This document shows, piece by piece, positions 1 through 9,267 of a stretch of 64,000 nt of DNA. This DNA comes from a candidate division WWE3 bacterium RIFOXYB1_FULL_43_24 (lineage in GTDB: Bacteria; Patescibacteriota; WWE3; UBA101185; UBA10185), in assembly GCA_001773135.1 (NCBI GenBank), contig MEVX01000003.1, positions 172 to 64,171 on the forward strand. The letters are read 5' to 3'. Both the position numbers and the translations under genes were made by a program. Within the stretch, counting starts at the first letter, position 1; every line of letters starts with the position of its first letter. The notes below the pieces were generated by a model that saw only the letters and a program-made list of their open reading frames with translations, was not told the origin of the DNA and ran no database searches.

Positions 1-10
1 GGCACGCACC

Positions 11-1156
11 TTGGATCTGGAAACTTTCGGTAAGTATGCCCTGTTATCCACGCTTCTTCTTACTATTTCTAAAATCGTGGATTTCGGCGCAAATTCGGTT
101 TACGTTGCAAGATCTATAAAGGAACAAAATAGCAGCCTTTCCAACACACTCTTCACGTTAAAAGTAATTCAATTTTTAGTCTCGGTTCCTATTTCGTTAA
201 TCAGCTTAAAGTTATTAAATATTTTTGACGGGACAATTGCCACGTTGTTTATACTCGGAATTCTTGCCTACACGATGAACTACCTTTTCTATGCTTACTT
301 TCAACGCGCAGAAAAATATGCCGGGATGGTTCTTTTAAATACAGTCCCTCAGTTGATTAAAGGTGTTTTTGCTTTTCTATTTTTCGCGGCTACTGTAACA
401 CCCAGCCTTCACCTAGCTTTTGGAATTTTTTCGCTGTCTATTTTCGCCGGAGTAGTTTTATATTTCTTTTTACCCGCGGAGAACAAAAAGTTTATTTTCG
501 ATTTCCGCGGAGTCCGTGAACTTTTTAAGGAATCTTCACCGGCAGGTATTTCACAGATAGTTTATGAAAGCTGGGGGACCCTTAACAACGCGATCGCAAA
601 ATTTACAAAGGGTTTCGGCGACGTAGGAATACTATCGTTAGCAAACAAAATCTCGAATCTATTTTCCCTGGCATCACTTTCTATTTTTGCTGTTCTTTTG
701 CCGAAAAATGCCACACGCAAACTGACCGGAAAAAAATATGATTATCAGGAAACCGCACTTATAGCGGGTGGAATTATTGCCTTGGCGGTTGTGGCAATAG
801 CAGGTTCCGAGCTTTTTATTACAACCATATTCGGGGAGAAGTTTTCAGGGTCGGTAAAGCTCCTGGATATTTTAATTCTCGCCGCGGCAGTTTCGGCCAT
901 TCACACTTTCATAGAGAATCTTTTCTTCGTTGAGAGTAAGACCGGGTACATTATCGCCGCAACTGTCATAAAACTTTCTACGTACGGATTAACCGCCTTA
1001 ATTTTAGTACCGAAATTATCTTTATATGGAATTGCCTGGTCCAACCTAGTCTCTGCTATAGCGGGGCTAATAACGGCGCTCTATTTTATCTCCCGCTTTA
1101 AGGATTTACCACATCAGGAGCTGCAACCTGAGCATCATATTTCTTCTGAGATATAA
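11..1156 (+). CDS. MOP-superfamily polysaccharide biosynthesis protein / Wzx-like flippase, possibly 5'-partial
   Basis: The translation is multi-TM and hydrophobic with a typical flippase C-terminus (ALYFISRFK). The reading frame is open back to base 2, so the true start may lie upstream of the window. 381 aa is short for a 12-TM flippase. Confidence 0.5.
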   Translation: MDLETFGKYALLSTLLLTISKIVDFGANSVYVARSIKEQNSSLSNTLFTLKVIQFLVSVPISLISLKLLNIFDGTIATLFILGILAYTMNYLFYAYFQRAEKYAGMVLLNTVPQLIKGVFAFLFFAATVTPSLHLAFGIFSLSIFAGVVLYFFLPAENKKFIFDFRGVRELFKESSPAGISQIVYESWGTLNNAIAKFTKGFGDVGILSLANKISNLFSLASLSIFAVLLPKNATRKLTGKKYDYQETALIAGGIIALAVVAIAGSELFITTIFGEKFSGSVKLLDILILAAAVSAIHTFIENLFFVESKTGYIIAATVIKLSTYGLTALILVPKLSLYGIAWSNLVSAIAGLITALYFISRFKDLPHQELQPEHHISSEI

Positions 1157-3959
1157 AGTACCAAAGTACCCAGTCACCTCGCTCCTCAACAACAACCGGA
1201 TTGTAATTAAATCCGGCGACATTCTCGCTAAATCTTCCCTTTTTTGTAAGGAGAATAGTAGGCTTCTCGTACACAGGTATAGGTACGCGGTCGATCCTAT
1301 CCGCCCTAAAGTCCAGTATCTCAAACGGACCGTCGGTATAGTACACCGCAAGAGGAATGTCCATGCGGTCGATGTAAATTTTGGCATCTGTACCGAAGGT
1401 TTTATCCTTTAATACCAAAAGTTCGGCTTCAGCCCCCGTAAGATCTGACGTGTAGACCATGTCGCGGTAATAAAAAAGATACGCCAAAGATACAGCCACT
1501 ATTAAAAAGACGGCCGAGAGCTTGAACCAGAGCTTATCAAATTTCCTGAACCGTCCCATAAAATATCTAAGAAAACGGTCGATAAAAGAACCGACTATCA
1601 AAGCAAGTGGGGGATACAGCGGAATTACATACCACACAAGTTTGGATTTGGCGGTAGAGAAGAATAAAAATACAAACAAAGCCCAGATAAGTAAAAATGC
1701 ATAAACCCTTCTTTTTTTGAATACTTTATAAATTGCCGCGGGAAAGGCAGCTAATAAAACAATAAACCAGAGACGCATGCTGACCTTCAAAACTATCAGG
1801 TACCAGTAAAAAGGTCTTCCTTTATCTTCAATGGCTGTGGTAGCTCTATCCCAAACATGATAGCCTAGGTATTGGTTCAAAAATGCTATACCGAACGTTT
1901 TGAGCGTATAAAGATGCCACGGCAAAGCTATAACAGCCCAGCCTAATAACATAAATAAAAACGGTTTAAGTGCTTTAACCGACAACTTCGTCTGTTTTGT
2001 TAATAAAAGGTACAGCTCGCACAAAATGAGCACCGGAAATGGAATAAGCCCCACAACACCTTTTGTCATTACCGCAAACCCGGCAAACATCCCCGGGAAC
2101 AGCCACAAAAAAGTCTTTTTCTTTCCCCTTACAAAAATGTAGGAAAGGAGGGAAGCCGAGATGAAAAAAGTTACGGTCACATCCGTCATAGCAGCGCGTG
2201 AATAATATAAGTATTGGGTGGTTGTTAACAGTACTAGCGCGGATAAAAAGCCGGCTGTTTTGTTAAACATTTTTTTGCCGGCGAAATAAACCATCATCAC
2301 TATTAGAAATCCCATAATTGCGCTCGGGAACCTCGCGGCCAAAGGAATCACACCCATCACCGACATAAATCCGGACATCATCCACATGTATAAAGGAGGT
2401 TTTTCGTACCACACAGACGGGGGTCTCCATTCCTGAACAAGATACTCACCTGAAGTAACCATGTTCTTGGCAATTTTGGCATAAATTGCTTCGTCATAAG
2501 GAATTAGGTGATTTTTCCCAAGTCCCTGAAAGATGAGTACGCCTGCTAAAATACCCAAAACCAAAGGAACTATTTTCTCCGATCTGAAAAAGTATGAAAA
2601 GACGATACTTCTACCGTACTTTTCATAAACGGTGCCCGCACCCCACGCGGCAATAAAAGAAAATATTATCCAAAAAAATTCCGAATTATAAGAATAAAAA
2701 ATTCCCGCTGTGAGCCATCCGATAATTGTTGAAAAAAATACAGCACTAATTAAAAATTCTTTCTTTTTTTGTAATTTCAAAGCTCCATATAAAAGTGCGG
2801 CGAGCATGGCAAAAGCAAATACGGTAAATGTCGTTAATCCTAAGATACCAGTCTCTGCTATCAGCTCACCCCAGATTGTGTGAGCAGGAACTCTTGTGTT
2901 TAAAGCGGCGGGATCACGGCTAAAGTACGTAGGAGCTATTTTCGTGCTACTAAAATGTTCGAAAAATGACCCGTACCCTCCCCCGATCAAAGGGTACTCC
3001 TCAAATATCTGTGTTGCTCCGGTCAAAAGCATGAAGTGCGAGTCAAACGAATCCATTCTGTAATGAAAATATTGCTTAATGCGCGCTCTAAAAGGACTTG
3101 ATTTTATGCTGTATTCCCTTAAAAAGGGTACTGAGATCACGGCAAGAGCTACAAATAGATACAAAACGCCTTTTGACCCGATCTTCCTGAAAAGAAGCGT
3201 GGAGATGAATACTAAAAACGTAACTCCCGCCATAATCCAGGCTGTGCGGCTGTTAGTAAGTAAAAGCGCCGCAAGCATTGAGATAAACATCAGAACATCA
3301 ACTGCCCTACCTTTTAAGCTTTTTCCGGTTATTATTAAAACGCCTAACAAAGGTAACAAGGCTGACAGTAGCGCCCCGTAATGATTCACGTCCCAAAAAG
3401 TCGAACCGACCCGGGGCAAGTTTCCCGGAATATTCCACAACGCCCCGATTATTACGCCTTTAGTTTGATACAACCAAAACTGAAACCATCCGAACAACGT
3501 AAGCGTGAACGCCGTGTAAATATAAAAGCGGAGATATTTTACTATTTGGTGAGCATTCTTCTTGTACGTAAAGTAAACCAGCAAAAAAGCAGCTACAGAA
3601 GTCGTAAAAAATCCCAGCAAAAATATAGAGGATTGAATATTTTTCGAATTTATTAACGATATTAAACGCACAATCCATAACAGTACGAGAGAAACCACAA
3701 TCGGATCTTTTAGTTTTTCGAAAAGTGCGGGAAAATTTCTTTCTTTAATTAACCACATTACGGCACGCGTCAAAACCGCGGCAAGAAGTGCGAGCATAAA
3801 AGCTCGGATGGGCATCAAGTCCCATCTATAAAAGCTAAAAAGTTCTTTGTGAAGAAGGACGGAAAGTAAAATAAGAATATACACCGCAAAATTTAGGTTA
3901 CGGAGTATTAGTATGTACGACAGGATGCAAATTGTTGCTATTACTACGATTTCTGCCAT
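1098..3959 (-). CDS. Fusion membrane protein with an O-antigen-ligase (Wzy_C)-like domain and an ArnT/PMT-like GT-C glycosyltransferase domain
   Basis: 953 aa. The N-terminal half is polytopic and carries LLTNSRTAWIMAGVTFLVF, which resembles the Wzy_C/WaaL signature. The middle carries YDEAIYAKIAKNMVTSGEYLVQEW...WYEKPPLYMW, which parallels the ArnT N-terminal DE..Y..E...EKP motif. The C-terminal ~120 aa is soluble. Confidence 0.6.
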   Translation of the reverse strand: MAEIVVIATICILSYILILRNLNFAVYILILLSVLLHKELFSFYRWDLMPIRAFMLALLAAVLTRAVMWLIKERNFPALFEKLKDPIVVSLVLLWIVRLISLINSKNIQSSIFLLGFFTTSVAAFLLVYFTYKKNAHQIVKYLRFYIYTAFTLTLFGWFQFWLYQTKGVIIGALWNIPGNLPRVGSTFWDVNHYGALLSALLPLLGVLIITGKSLKGRAVDVLMFISMLAALLLTNSRTAWIMAGVTFLVFISTLLFRKIGSKGVLYLFVALAVISVPFLREYSIKSSPFRARIKQYFHYRMDSFDSHFMLLTGATQIFEEYPLIGGGYGSFFEHFSSTKIAPTYFSRDPAALNTRVPAHTIWGELIAETGILGLTTFTVFAFAMLAALLYGALKLQKKKEFLISAVFFSTIIGWLTAGIFYSYNSEFFWIIFSFIAAWGAGTVYEKYGRSIVFSYFFRSEKIVPLVLGILAGVLIFQGLGKNHLIPYDEAIYAKIAKNMVTSGEYLVQEWRPPSVWYEKPPLYMWMMSGFMSVMGVIPLAARFPSAIMGFLIVMMVYFAGKKMFNKTAGFLSALVLLTTTQYLYYSRAAMTDVTVTFFISASLLSYIFVRGKKKTFLWLFPGMFAGFAVMTKGVVGLIPFPVLILCELYLLLTKQTKLSVKALKPFLFMLLGWAVIALPWHLYTLKTFGIAFLNQYLGYHVWDRATTAIEDKGRPFYWYLIVLKVSMRLWFIVLLAAFPAAIYKVFKKRRVYAFLLIWALFVFLFFSTAKSKLVWYVIPLYPPLALIVGSFIDRFLRYFMGRFRKFDKLWFKLSAVFLIVAVSLAYLFYYRDMVYTSDLTGAEAELLVLKDKTFGTDAKIYIDRMDIPLAVYYTDGPFEILDFRADRIDRVPIPVYEKPTILLTKKGRFSENVAGFNYNPVVVEERGDWVLWYFISQKKYDAQVAAPDVVNP

Positions 3960-5092
3960 TTAGTTAGAACTTCCTGATAAACCTCAAGTGTTTTAGCTGC
4001 AGCTTTTTCCCAAGTATATTCCTTCCTTAACTCGTCGGCAATTTGAGGTCTCGGGGCTTTAAGCTGGGTTTTTATTGCATCGGCAATCGAGTCGACGTTT
4101 CCCGGGTCGCAATAAGAAGCATGGTCTTTAAGGTATTCGCGGGCTCTTTCACCTGAGGCCACGGCGTTTGCTCCGCAAAAGAGGGCTTCCAGACTGGTCA
4201 GGCCGGTTGTTTCGAACCAGCTTGCGCTAACCCCAACTTTAGCGTTTCTATAATAATCCGGCATCTCCTGGTAAGGAACTTTCTCTACGTGATGAATCCA
4301 CGGGCTCATAGCTTTTTTCTCATTAAACATTCTGCCGTATTCAAAGTGTTTTAATCCGGTCGAAACACCTATGAGAACTAACTGCAGATCTTCACCCACT
4401 TCACTGCGCAACTTTTCAACAGCAGAAATTATATTCAACTGATTTTTTCTGGGCTCTATACGTCCGACACAGATAATATAATCTTTCAAATTAAGGGGGT
4501 TCGTTTCGTCAGTCCCGGCGCCCTGTTCAATAAAGTTTCTGCTTACGCCGTTCGGAACTTTTACAGCGTCTATCTTTACACCGAATGTTTTTTCCAAATC
4601 TTTTGTCTCCAGGTCCGTCTGTACCAAAACCTTTTCCGACATTTCTAAAACTTCTTTTTGCATTTTTTGAAACCCGTGCGTAATGCTCACAAGCGTAGGT
4701 TTAATTTTTTTAGGGTCGGTTAATGATCTGTAAACATTTTTAAAAGTGTCGCGATGGAACTGGTTGCTGAAAAGAACTTTGGAAAGTCTTCGGAAGTCGA
4801 ACACGTACTCGTCATCAAATCTCTTCACCTCTTCTATGCTGTGATGTATGGGAGATAAAATTATGGGTTTTGCTGCGTCGTGTGCTTTCCGGGCGTATAA
4901 ATAGGTTTCGGGCGTCCAGTCCAGTTGAAATATATGGATGACATCGTAATTTTGAGGGATAAAATCCTCATCCGTCCTGATTTCAACATCGGCGCCCAGA
5001 GCTCTTAATTCACGGGCGGTGTTCTCTATCTGTACTTTGTCCCCGCCACCGTGTTCCATCAAGTGGTATCTCCCGAGCATTAATATTTTCAT
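3944..5092 (-). CDS. Glycosyltransferase family 4 (GT-B, GT1-domain)
   Basis: Translation is MKILMLGRYHLMEHGGGDKVQIENTARELRALGADVEI. It has the typical GT4 N-terminus and a C-terminal GT1 domain. It overlaps the downstream gene by 4 bp. Confidence 0.7.
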   Translation of the reverse strand: MKILMLGRYHLMEHGGGDKVQIENTARELRALGADVEIRTDEDFIPQNYDVIHIFQLDWTPETYLYARKAHDAAKPIILSPIHHSIEEVKRFDDEYVFDFRRLSKVLFSNQFHRDTFKNVYRSLTDPKKIKPTLVSITHGFQKMQKEVLEMSEKVLVQTDLETKDLEKTFGVKIDAVKVPNGVSRNFIEQGAGTDETNPLNLKDYIICVGRIEPRKNQLNIISAVEKLRSEVGEDLQLVLIGVSTGLKHFEYGRMFNEKKAMSPWIHHVEKVPYQEMPDYYRNAKVGVSASWFETTGLTSLEALFCGANAVASGERAREYLKDHASYCDPGNVDSIADAIKTQLKAPRPQIADELRKEYTWEKAAAKTLEVYQEVLTKWQKS

Positions 5093-6237
5093 TTTTTCTT
5101 TAGTAGCCTTTCGTAAAGAGAGACATAACTATTTGTAAAAGCTTTTATCGTGTAAAGTTCTGTGACTCTTTGCTTACCTTGCAGATGAGGAATGTTTTCG
5201 TTATTAACATACTTTTCATAAGCTTCTATCATTTTTTCGGCGAGGTCTGACGAGTCGCCTGCGCGAAAATATGTCACGGTGTCTCCCGCAACTTCTTTTA
5301 GTACCTCAAGGTCAGAGCATATAACAGGGAGTTCCGAATACATTGCCTCGATTAAGACTAGCCCGAAACCTTCGGCCAGTGTCGGGAACACAAAAAAGTC
5401 AAATGCCGAATAATACTTCACTAAATCCTCAGGAGGAAATTCCCCGGTAAAAATAACTTTATCCGCTATTCCTTTTGTGGCTGCTAGTTTCCTTATCTCA
5501 TCTTCGGACTCGCCACCTCCGGCGATAAACAGCATGAAGTCTTTAGAATGATACATGTCGGTGCCTAAGAATTTTTTGTACGCGTCTAAAAGAATATCGT
5601 GACCCTTTTCTCTGGAAATCCTACCCAAATTTCCGAATACGAAAGCGTTTTTATTTATTCCGTATCTTTTTCTGATCTCTTCTTCGTAGTCTGTTCTGGT
5701 GATTTGAGAAATAGTGAGTTTAGTTATGTCCAGACCGTTCGGGATAACAACAATCTTGTCTTTTTTTATACCCTCTTTTATTTTGACTTTCTTTTTTGAC
5801 TCCGTCAGGGCAATCTCCGCGTCGGAAAAACGATTAACAATAAAACTATAGAACAAAGAGTCTATTTTCCGTCTGGTCGGGCTTATTTTCCATTCTGAGA
5901 TAGGTGTGTGGACGTGTGTTATTTTGACCGGAGTGTGAGCGTTTCTGGCCGCAGCAAGAGCATTAGCTGCTGCCTTTAGTTCGTGTGCGTGAATTACATC
6001 AATTTTATTATCTACCAAAAAGGTGGTCAGCTCTGAGATGTAAGGAGCATCAAAATCAGAGGATATACTTTTTCTTGTTACTTTCGCTCCGGCTTCTTCA
6101 TAAATATCCGCAGGTTTTCCGACAGGGCACCAAACATAAACGTCGTGCCCCTCCCCCAACATTCCCTTAATTAAGTCCAGAACGTGTTGTTCCATCCCTC
6201 CCTGTTTAGATGAATTGTGTGAGTAAAGTATTTTCAT
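5089..6237 (-). CDS. Glycosyltransferase family 4
   Basis: Translation is MKILYSHNSSKQGGMEQHVLDLIKGMLGEGHDVYVW, with the GT1 domain FVFPTLAEGFGLVLIEAM (EX7E-like). Confidence 0.75.
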   Translation of the reverse strand: MKILYSHNSSKQGGMEQHVLDLIKGMLGEGHDVYVWCPVGKPADIYEEAGAKVTRKSISSDFDAPYISELTTFLVDNKIDVIHAHELKAAANALAAARNAHTPVKITHVHTPISEWKISPTRRKIDSLFYSFIVNRFSDAEIALTESKKKVKIKEGIKKDKIVVIPNGLDITKLTISQITRTDYEEEIRKRYGINKNAFVFGNLGRISREKGHDILLDAYKKFLGTDMYHSKDFMLFIAGGGESEDEIRKLAATKGIADKVIFTGEFPPEDLVKYYSAFDFFVFPTLAEGFGLVLIEAMYSELPVICSDLEVLKEVAGDTVTYFRAGDSSDLAEKMIEAYEKYVNNENIPHLQGKQRVTELYTIKAFTNSYVSLYERLLKKK

Positions 6238-6238
6238 T

Positions 6239-7456
6239 TCACTTTTTAATAAGATCGCCGATTATTCTCAACATTCTCTCAACTTTTCCGTCCCAATCGT
6301 TACTCTTTGCTACTTTTTGTCTGGCGGCTCTTTTTTCCGCATCATCTTCTTCTAAAGCTTTTCTCACGAACTGAGAAAACTCATTATAACTTTTTGCAAT
6401 GTAACAAACATCTGCGAACGGAGCGTACGCCGGAAGATCGGTAACAATTGTGGGTAAACCTGCCGCCAACCCTTCATGAAATTTTACAGGAAAACATCCC
6501 CCAACAGTATAGTCATTAAGTCTGTAAGGTATTATGGTGGCGTCGAAAGCTGCCACATATTTATGTATCTCGGAAAATTGTTTGGTGCCGAGGAAGTAAA
6601 GATTTGGTAATCCGCCTAGCCCCAATTCCTCAAGAGACCCCTCCCTATCTTTTAGTGCAATGGGCCCTATGATAACGAATGAGTATTTCGGGTAGTCAGT
6701 CACGATCTTTTTCATAAGATCTTTATCAAACTTGTAATCATCAACTGCCCCGTAAAAACCAACGATGGGGTGCGGAACTGATTTTATATCTTCGGGAAAA
6801 ACTTTTATTTTTTCTTTTATTCCGAAAAACTTAGGGTAATCACCGACGTTGGGGGTGAAATAAACATTAGAATTAAATTTCTTAAGCTTCTCCACCAACC
6901 CCGGAGCCGTTGAAAAAACTACATTTGCTCTCATTGCGAGATTCTGTTCTTTTTTGTTGATAGCTTCTTTTTTCTCGGGAGTGTTGTATTTGGGGAATCC
7001 GGAATAATTATCAACGCAGTCGTAAACCAGAAAATCGTGCTCGATGTATTTTAAATAACTCTCAAGACCCGCGATTTCCACGTGATATACCCAAAGTATA
7101 GTTTCACGGTCGGGATTAAAAAAATTCTGAGTGACTTTTTGTATAGATTTGGCATGAAACTCCGCGTGCTTTTCGTGAACGGGGGAAAAATCCAAAGGTG
7201 AGTATACGACTACGTTTCCGGATCTTTGTTTTTTCGTGATAAATCTTGAAAGGTTCCATTTTCCCTGCAAAACCTGGCGTATAAACAAACGCCCGGTGTT
7301 AATAGGAGGATCAACGAACAACACATTATGCCCAAGCTTCTCCAGCCTTGTCATGACATGCTTTTTGTTCGTCCAGAGGGGATAATCCCATAGTTGGTTC
7401 GAAAGGCAGATTATGTTGTATTTTTCACCTTGCTGATGCATATCCGAATTCCGCAC
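6239..7456 (-). CDS. Glycosyltransferase, GT1-domain (TuaH-like)
   Basis: N-terminus IICLSNQLWDYPLW. The C-terminus FPVKFHEGLAAGLPTIVTD resembles the GT1 nucleotide-sugar binding region. Confidence 0.5.
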   Translation of the reverse strand: MRNSDMHQQGEKYNIICLSNQLWDYPLWTNKKHVMTRLEKLGHNVLFVDPPINTGRLFIRQVLQGKWNLSRFITKKQRSGNVVVYSPLDFSPVHEKHAEFHAKSIQKVTQNFFNPDRETILWVYHVEIAGLESYLKYIEHDFLVYDCVDNYSGFPKYNTPEKKEAINKKEQNLAMRANVVFSTAPGLVEKLKKFNSNVYFTPNVGDYPKFFGIKEKIKVFPEDIKSVPHPIVGFYGAVDDYKFDKDLMKKIVTDYPKYSFVIIGPIALKDREGSLEELGLGGLPNLYFLGTKQFSEIHKYVAAFDATIIPYRLNDYTVGGCFPVKFHEGLAAGLPTIVTDLPAYAPFADVCYIAKSYNEFSQFVRKALEEDDAEKRAARQKVAKSNDWDGKVERMLRIIGDLIKK

Positions 7457-7525
7457 AATATCCTATCACTATTAGATAATTCAGTCTAACAGACATTGAG
7501 GTCATTTTAGCCTCTTTTTTTCCGA

Positions 7526-8899
7526 CTATAAACACTTCGGGCACGCTGAAGCCATCAAACCAAGCTTAACCAGCACCCGTCTTATATCAAATAAAAATTC
7601 AGAGTCTTTTATAGACCAAAGCCACGAGGTGTTTTCGTAGCCTAGGTCGTAGGCGGCGTGCCATATCCCGTCAAAGAAAAGTAATCCGTAGATTTCGATG
7701 AACACAGACAGCCCAAATAGAATAAAAAATAGTTTTTTAGTTTTTTCAAAAGCCGCGGAATTAATGTAGGGAACCATTAAAAAAATAAAATAAGGTAGGA
7801 CGTCGCTCGACATTCTATACCCGAACGACCAGCCTCCGTACCAATGCTTCCACAAACTTATAACGAGGGTATGCAGAAGGATTATCAGAGCGAACACTTT
7901 ATATAACCCGATCTTTTCAATTTTTCCTTTGACTGCCAGGTAGAAACCGTAGATTGAAAAAAACAATACAGGTGAAAAAATTAAAATTCCTTTACTGGGT
8001 GAAAGCCACACGCCCAAAAAACTTATAGGAAAAGGCGAGAGCCACGAACGGAAAAGCTGGTCCGAGTATCCCTGGTTCTGAATGTCATAGTAATAAACCG
8101 AGTTGTACCAAAGGAAAAATGATGCCGCGACAATCAAACCAGAAGTAAAGGTTATGGCAGATTTAAATAAGTTATCACTTTTATGAATATTAGTGAAAAT
8201 TAGGTATAACTCTATCAATAAAATGGGTAAGCCGGCGGTCGGTCTGGAAAGAAAAGCGAACCCGAAAAACAAACCGGACAATAGCATATTCATATACGCG
8301 GAGTGGTCTTTTTGATGTTTAAGAAAAAAGTAGATACCTAAAATTGACAGGAGCTGCAGCGCACCGTGCTGCCACATCGCTTGCGAAACCATCGCAAAGT
8401 TTACCGTGGCAAATAAGTATACCGCCGTAAGAATTGTAGATTTCTTTTCTTCCAGTCCGAATCCTTCGCGGAGAGTTTTAAACAGAAACAACCCCGCCAA
8501 CGCCATTATCAAGGCACCTGACAAATGATTTAACAATGCCAGGTTGTCCCATGTAATAGGCATTCCCAGGGCGAGTGGCAGTGCAAAAACCGGAACTGAC
8601 AAAATAGGAGTAATGATGGGGAATGCCGTAATATAACGATCCCCTACTTTTCTTAAATAAAACGGGGTCAGGTCTTTTTGAAAATCTTTGTCGTCGGGGT
8701 GCGGATACCTGTCTCTCATCATCACATAGTATTTGTCGAGATATAACGTGCGGTCTTTAATAATTGAGACGGTTGTGAAAATAGAAGGCACTGTATCTTC
8801 ACTTTGAATTATGAGCGAATTAACATTGCGAAAGCCGGGGATTATAAAAGGAACAAAAAATACCGCGAGGGAAATTAAAAATATTTTTAACTGAGACAT
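7526..8899 (-). CDS. Polytopic integral membrane protein, hypothetical (possible GT-C-like)
   Basis: 457 aa and very hydrophobic, with many predicted TM helices. No recognisable catalytic motif. Confidence 0.4.
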   Translation of the reverse strand: MSQLKIFLISLAVFFVPFIIPGFRNVNSLIIQSEDTVPSIFTTVSIIKDRTLYLDKYYVMMRDRYPHPDDKDFQKDLTPFYLRKVGDRYITAFPIITPILSVPVFALPLALGMPITWDNLALLNHLSGALIMALAGLFLFKTLREGFGLEEKKSTILTAVYLFATVNFAMVSQAMWQHGALQLLSILGIYFFLKHQKDHSAYMNMLLSGLFFGFAFLSRPTAGLPILLIELYLIFTNIHKSDNLFKSAITFTSGLIVAASFFLWYNSVYYYDIQNQGYSDQLFRSWLSPFPISFLGVWLSPSKGILIFSPVLFFSIYGFYLAVKGKIEKIGLYKVFALIILLHTLVISLWKHWYGGWSFGYRMSSDVLPYFIFLMVPYINSAAFEKTKKLFFILFGLSVFIEIYGLLFFDGIWHAAYDLGYENTSWLWSIKDSEFLFDIRRVLVKLGLMASACPKCL

Positions 8900-8936
8900 T
8901 GTAGTTTCATTATATAGCAGGAAAGAAGTAAAGAAA

Positions 8937-8968
8937 TGGGGCTAAAAGGATAAAGAAACTTTTAGCCC
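8937..8968 (-). terminator. Intrinsic terminator hairpin (perfect 11-bp stem ggggctaaaag/cttttagcccc)
   Basis: It is a perfect inverted repeat with a 10-nt loop. On the minus strand it is followed by the T-rich tract atttctttacttctttcc. It lies downstream of the minus-strand small ORF and GT4 gene and upstream of the 7526..8899 gene. Confidence 0.45.
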
Positions 8969-9023
8969 CGGGTGCTACGGTGTGGGGAGGAGAGGAACCA
9001 TTCCCGTAGCGGATGTAATCTTT

Positions 9024-9209
9024 TTACAGTCCGGGAAGTTTGGGTTGTTCTTTCCGGATTTTCTGCTGGCGTACATATGTTCCCTTTCTGATACAGTGAC
9101 CATCAAGGTGATAACGGACTTCCCCGATCGTAAGTGTCCCGGAAAGGTGCTTGCCACAATTAGGACACACATCAGGGATAACGTTAAACTGCTTTCTATC
9201 GCCCATCAC
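9024..9209 (-). CDS. Small zinc-ribbon protein (61 aa), hypothetical
   Basis: Translation carries CPNCGKH...HLDGHC (a CxxC pair plus a His/Cys cluster). A GGAG sits 7 nt upstream of the ATG on the minus strand. A terminator hairpin follows. Confidence 0.35.
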   Translation of the reverse strand: MMGDRKQFNVIPDVCPNCGKHLSGTLTIGEVRYHLDGHCIRKGTYVRQQKIRKEQPKLPGL

Positions 9210-9267
9210 TCTACTCCAGTCTTTCTAAGATTCCTGAATACTAACATACTGCGGGGGTTGTATCAAA

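Noticed and set aside
1106-1387. 93-aa minus-strand ORF nested in another frame of the 953-aa gene, and similar nested ORFs throughout the left cluster (for example 3079..3381, 3381..3656, 5599..5799, 13667..13906, 16871..17143)
   Set aside because: They are embedded within long, motif-supported CDSs on the same or opposite strand and have no independent support.
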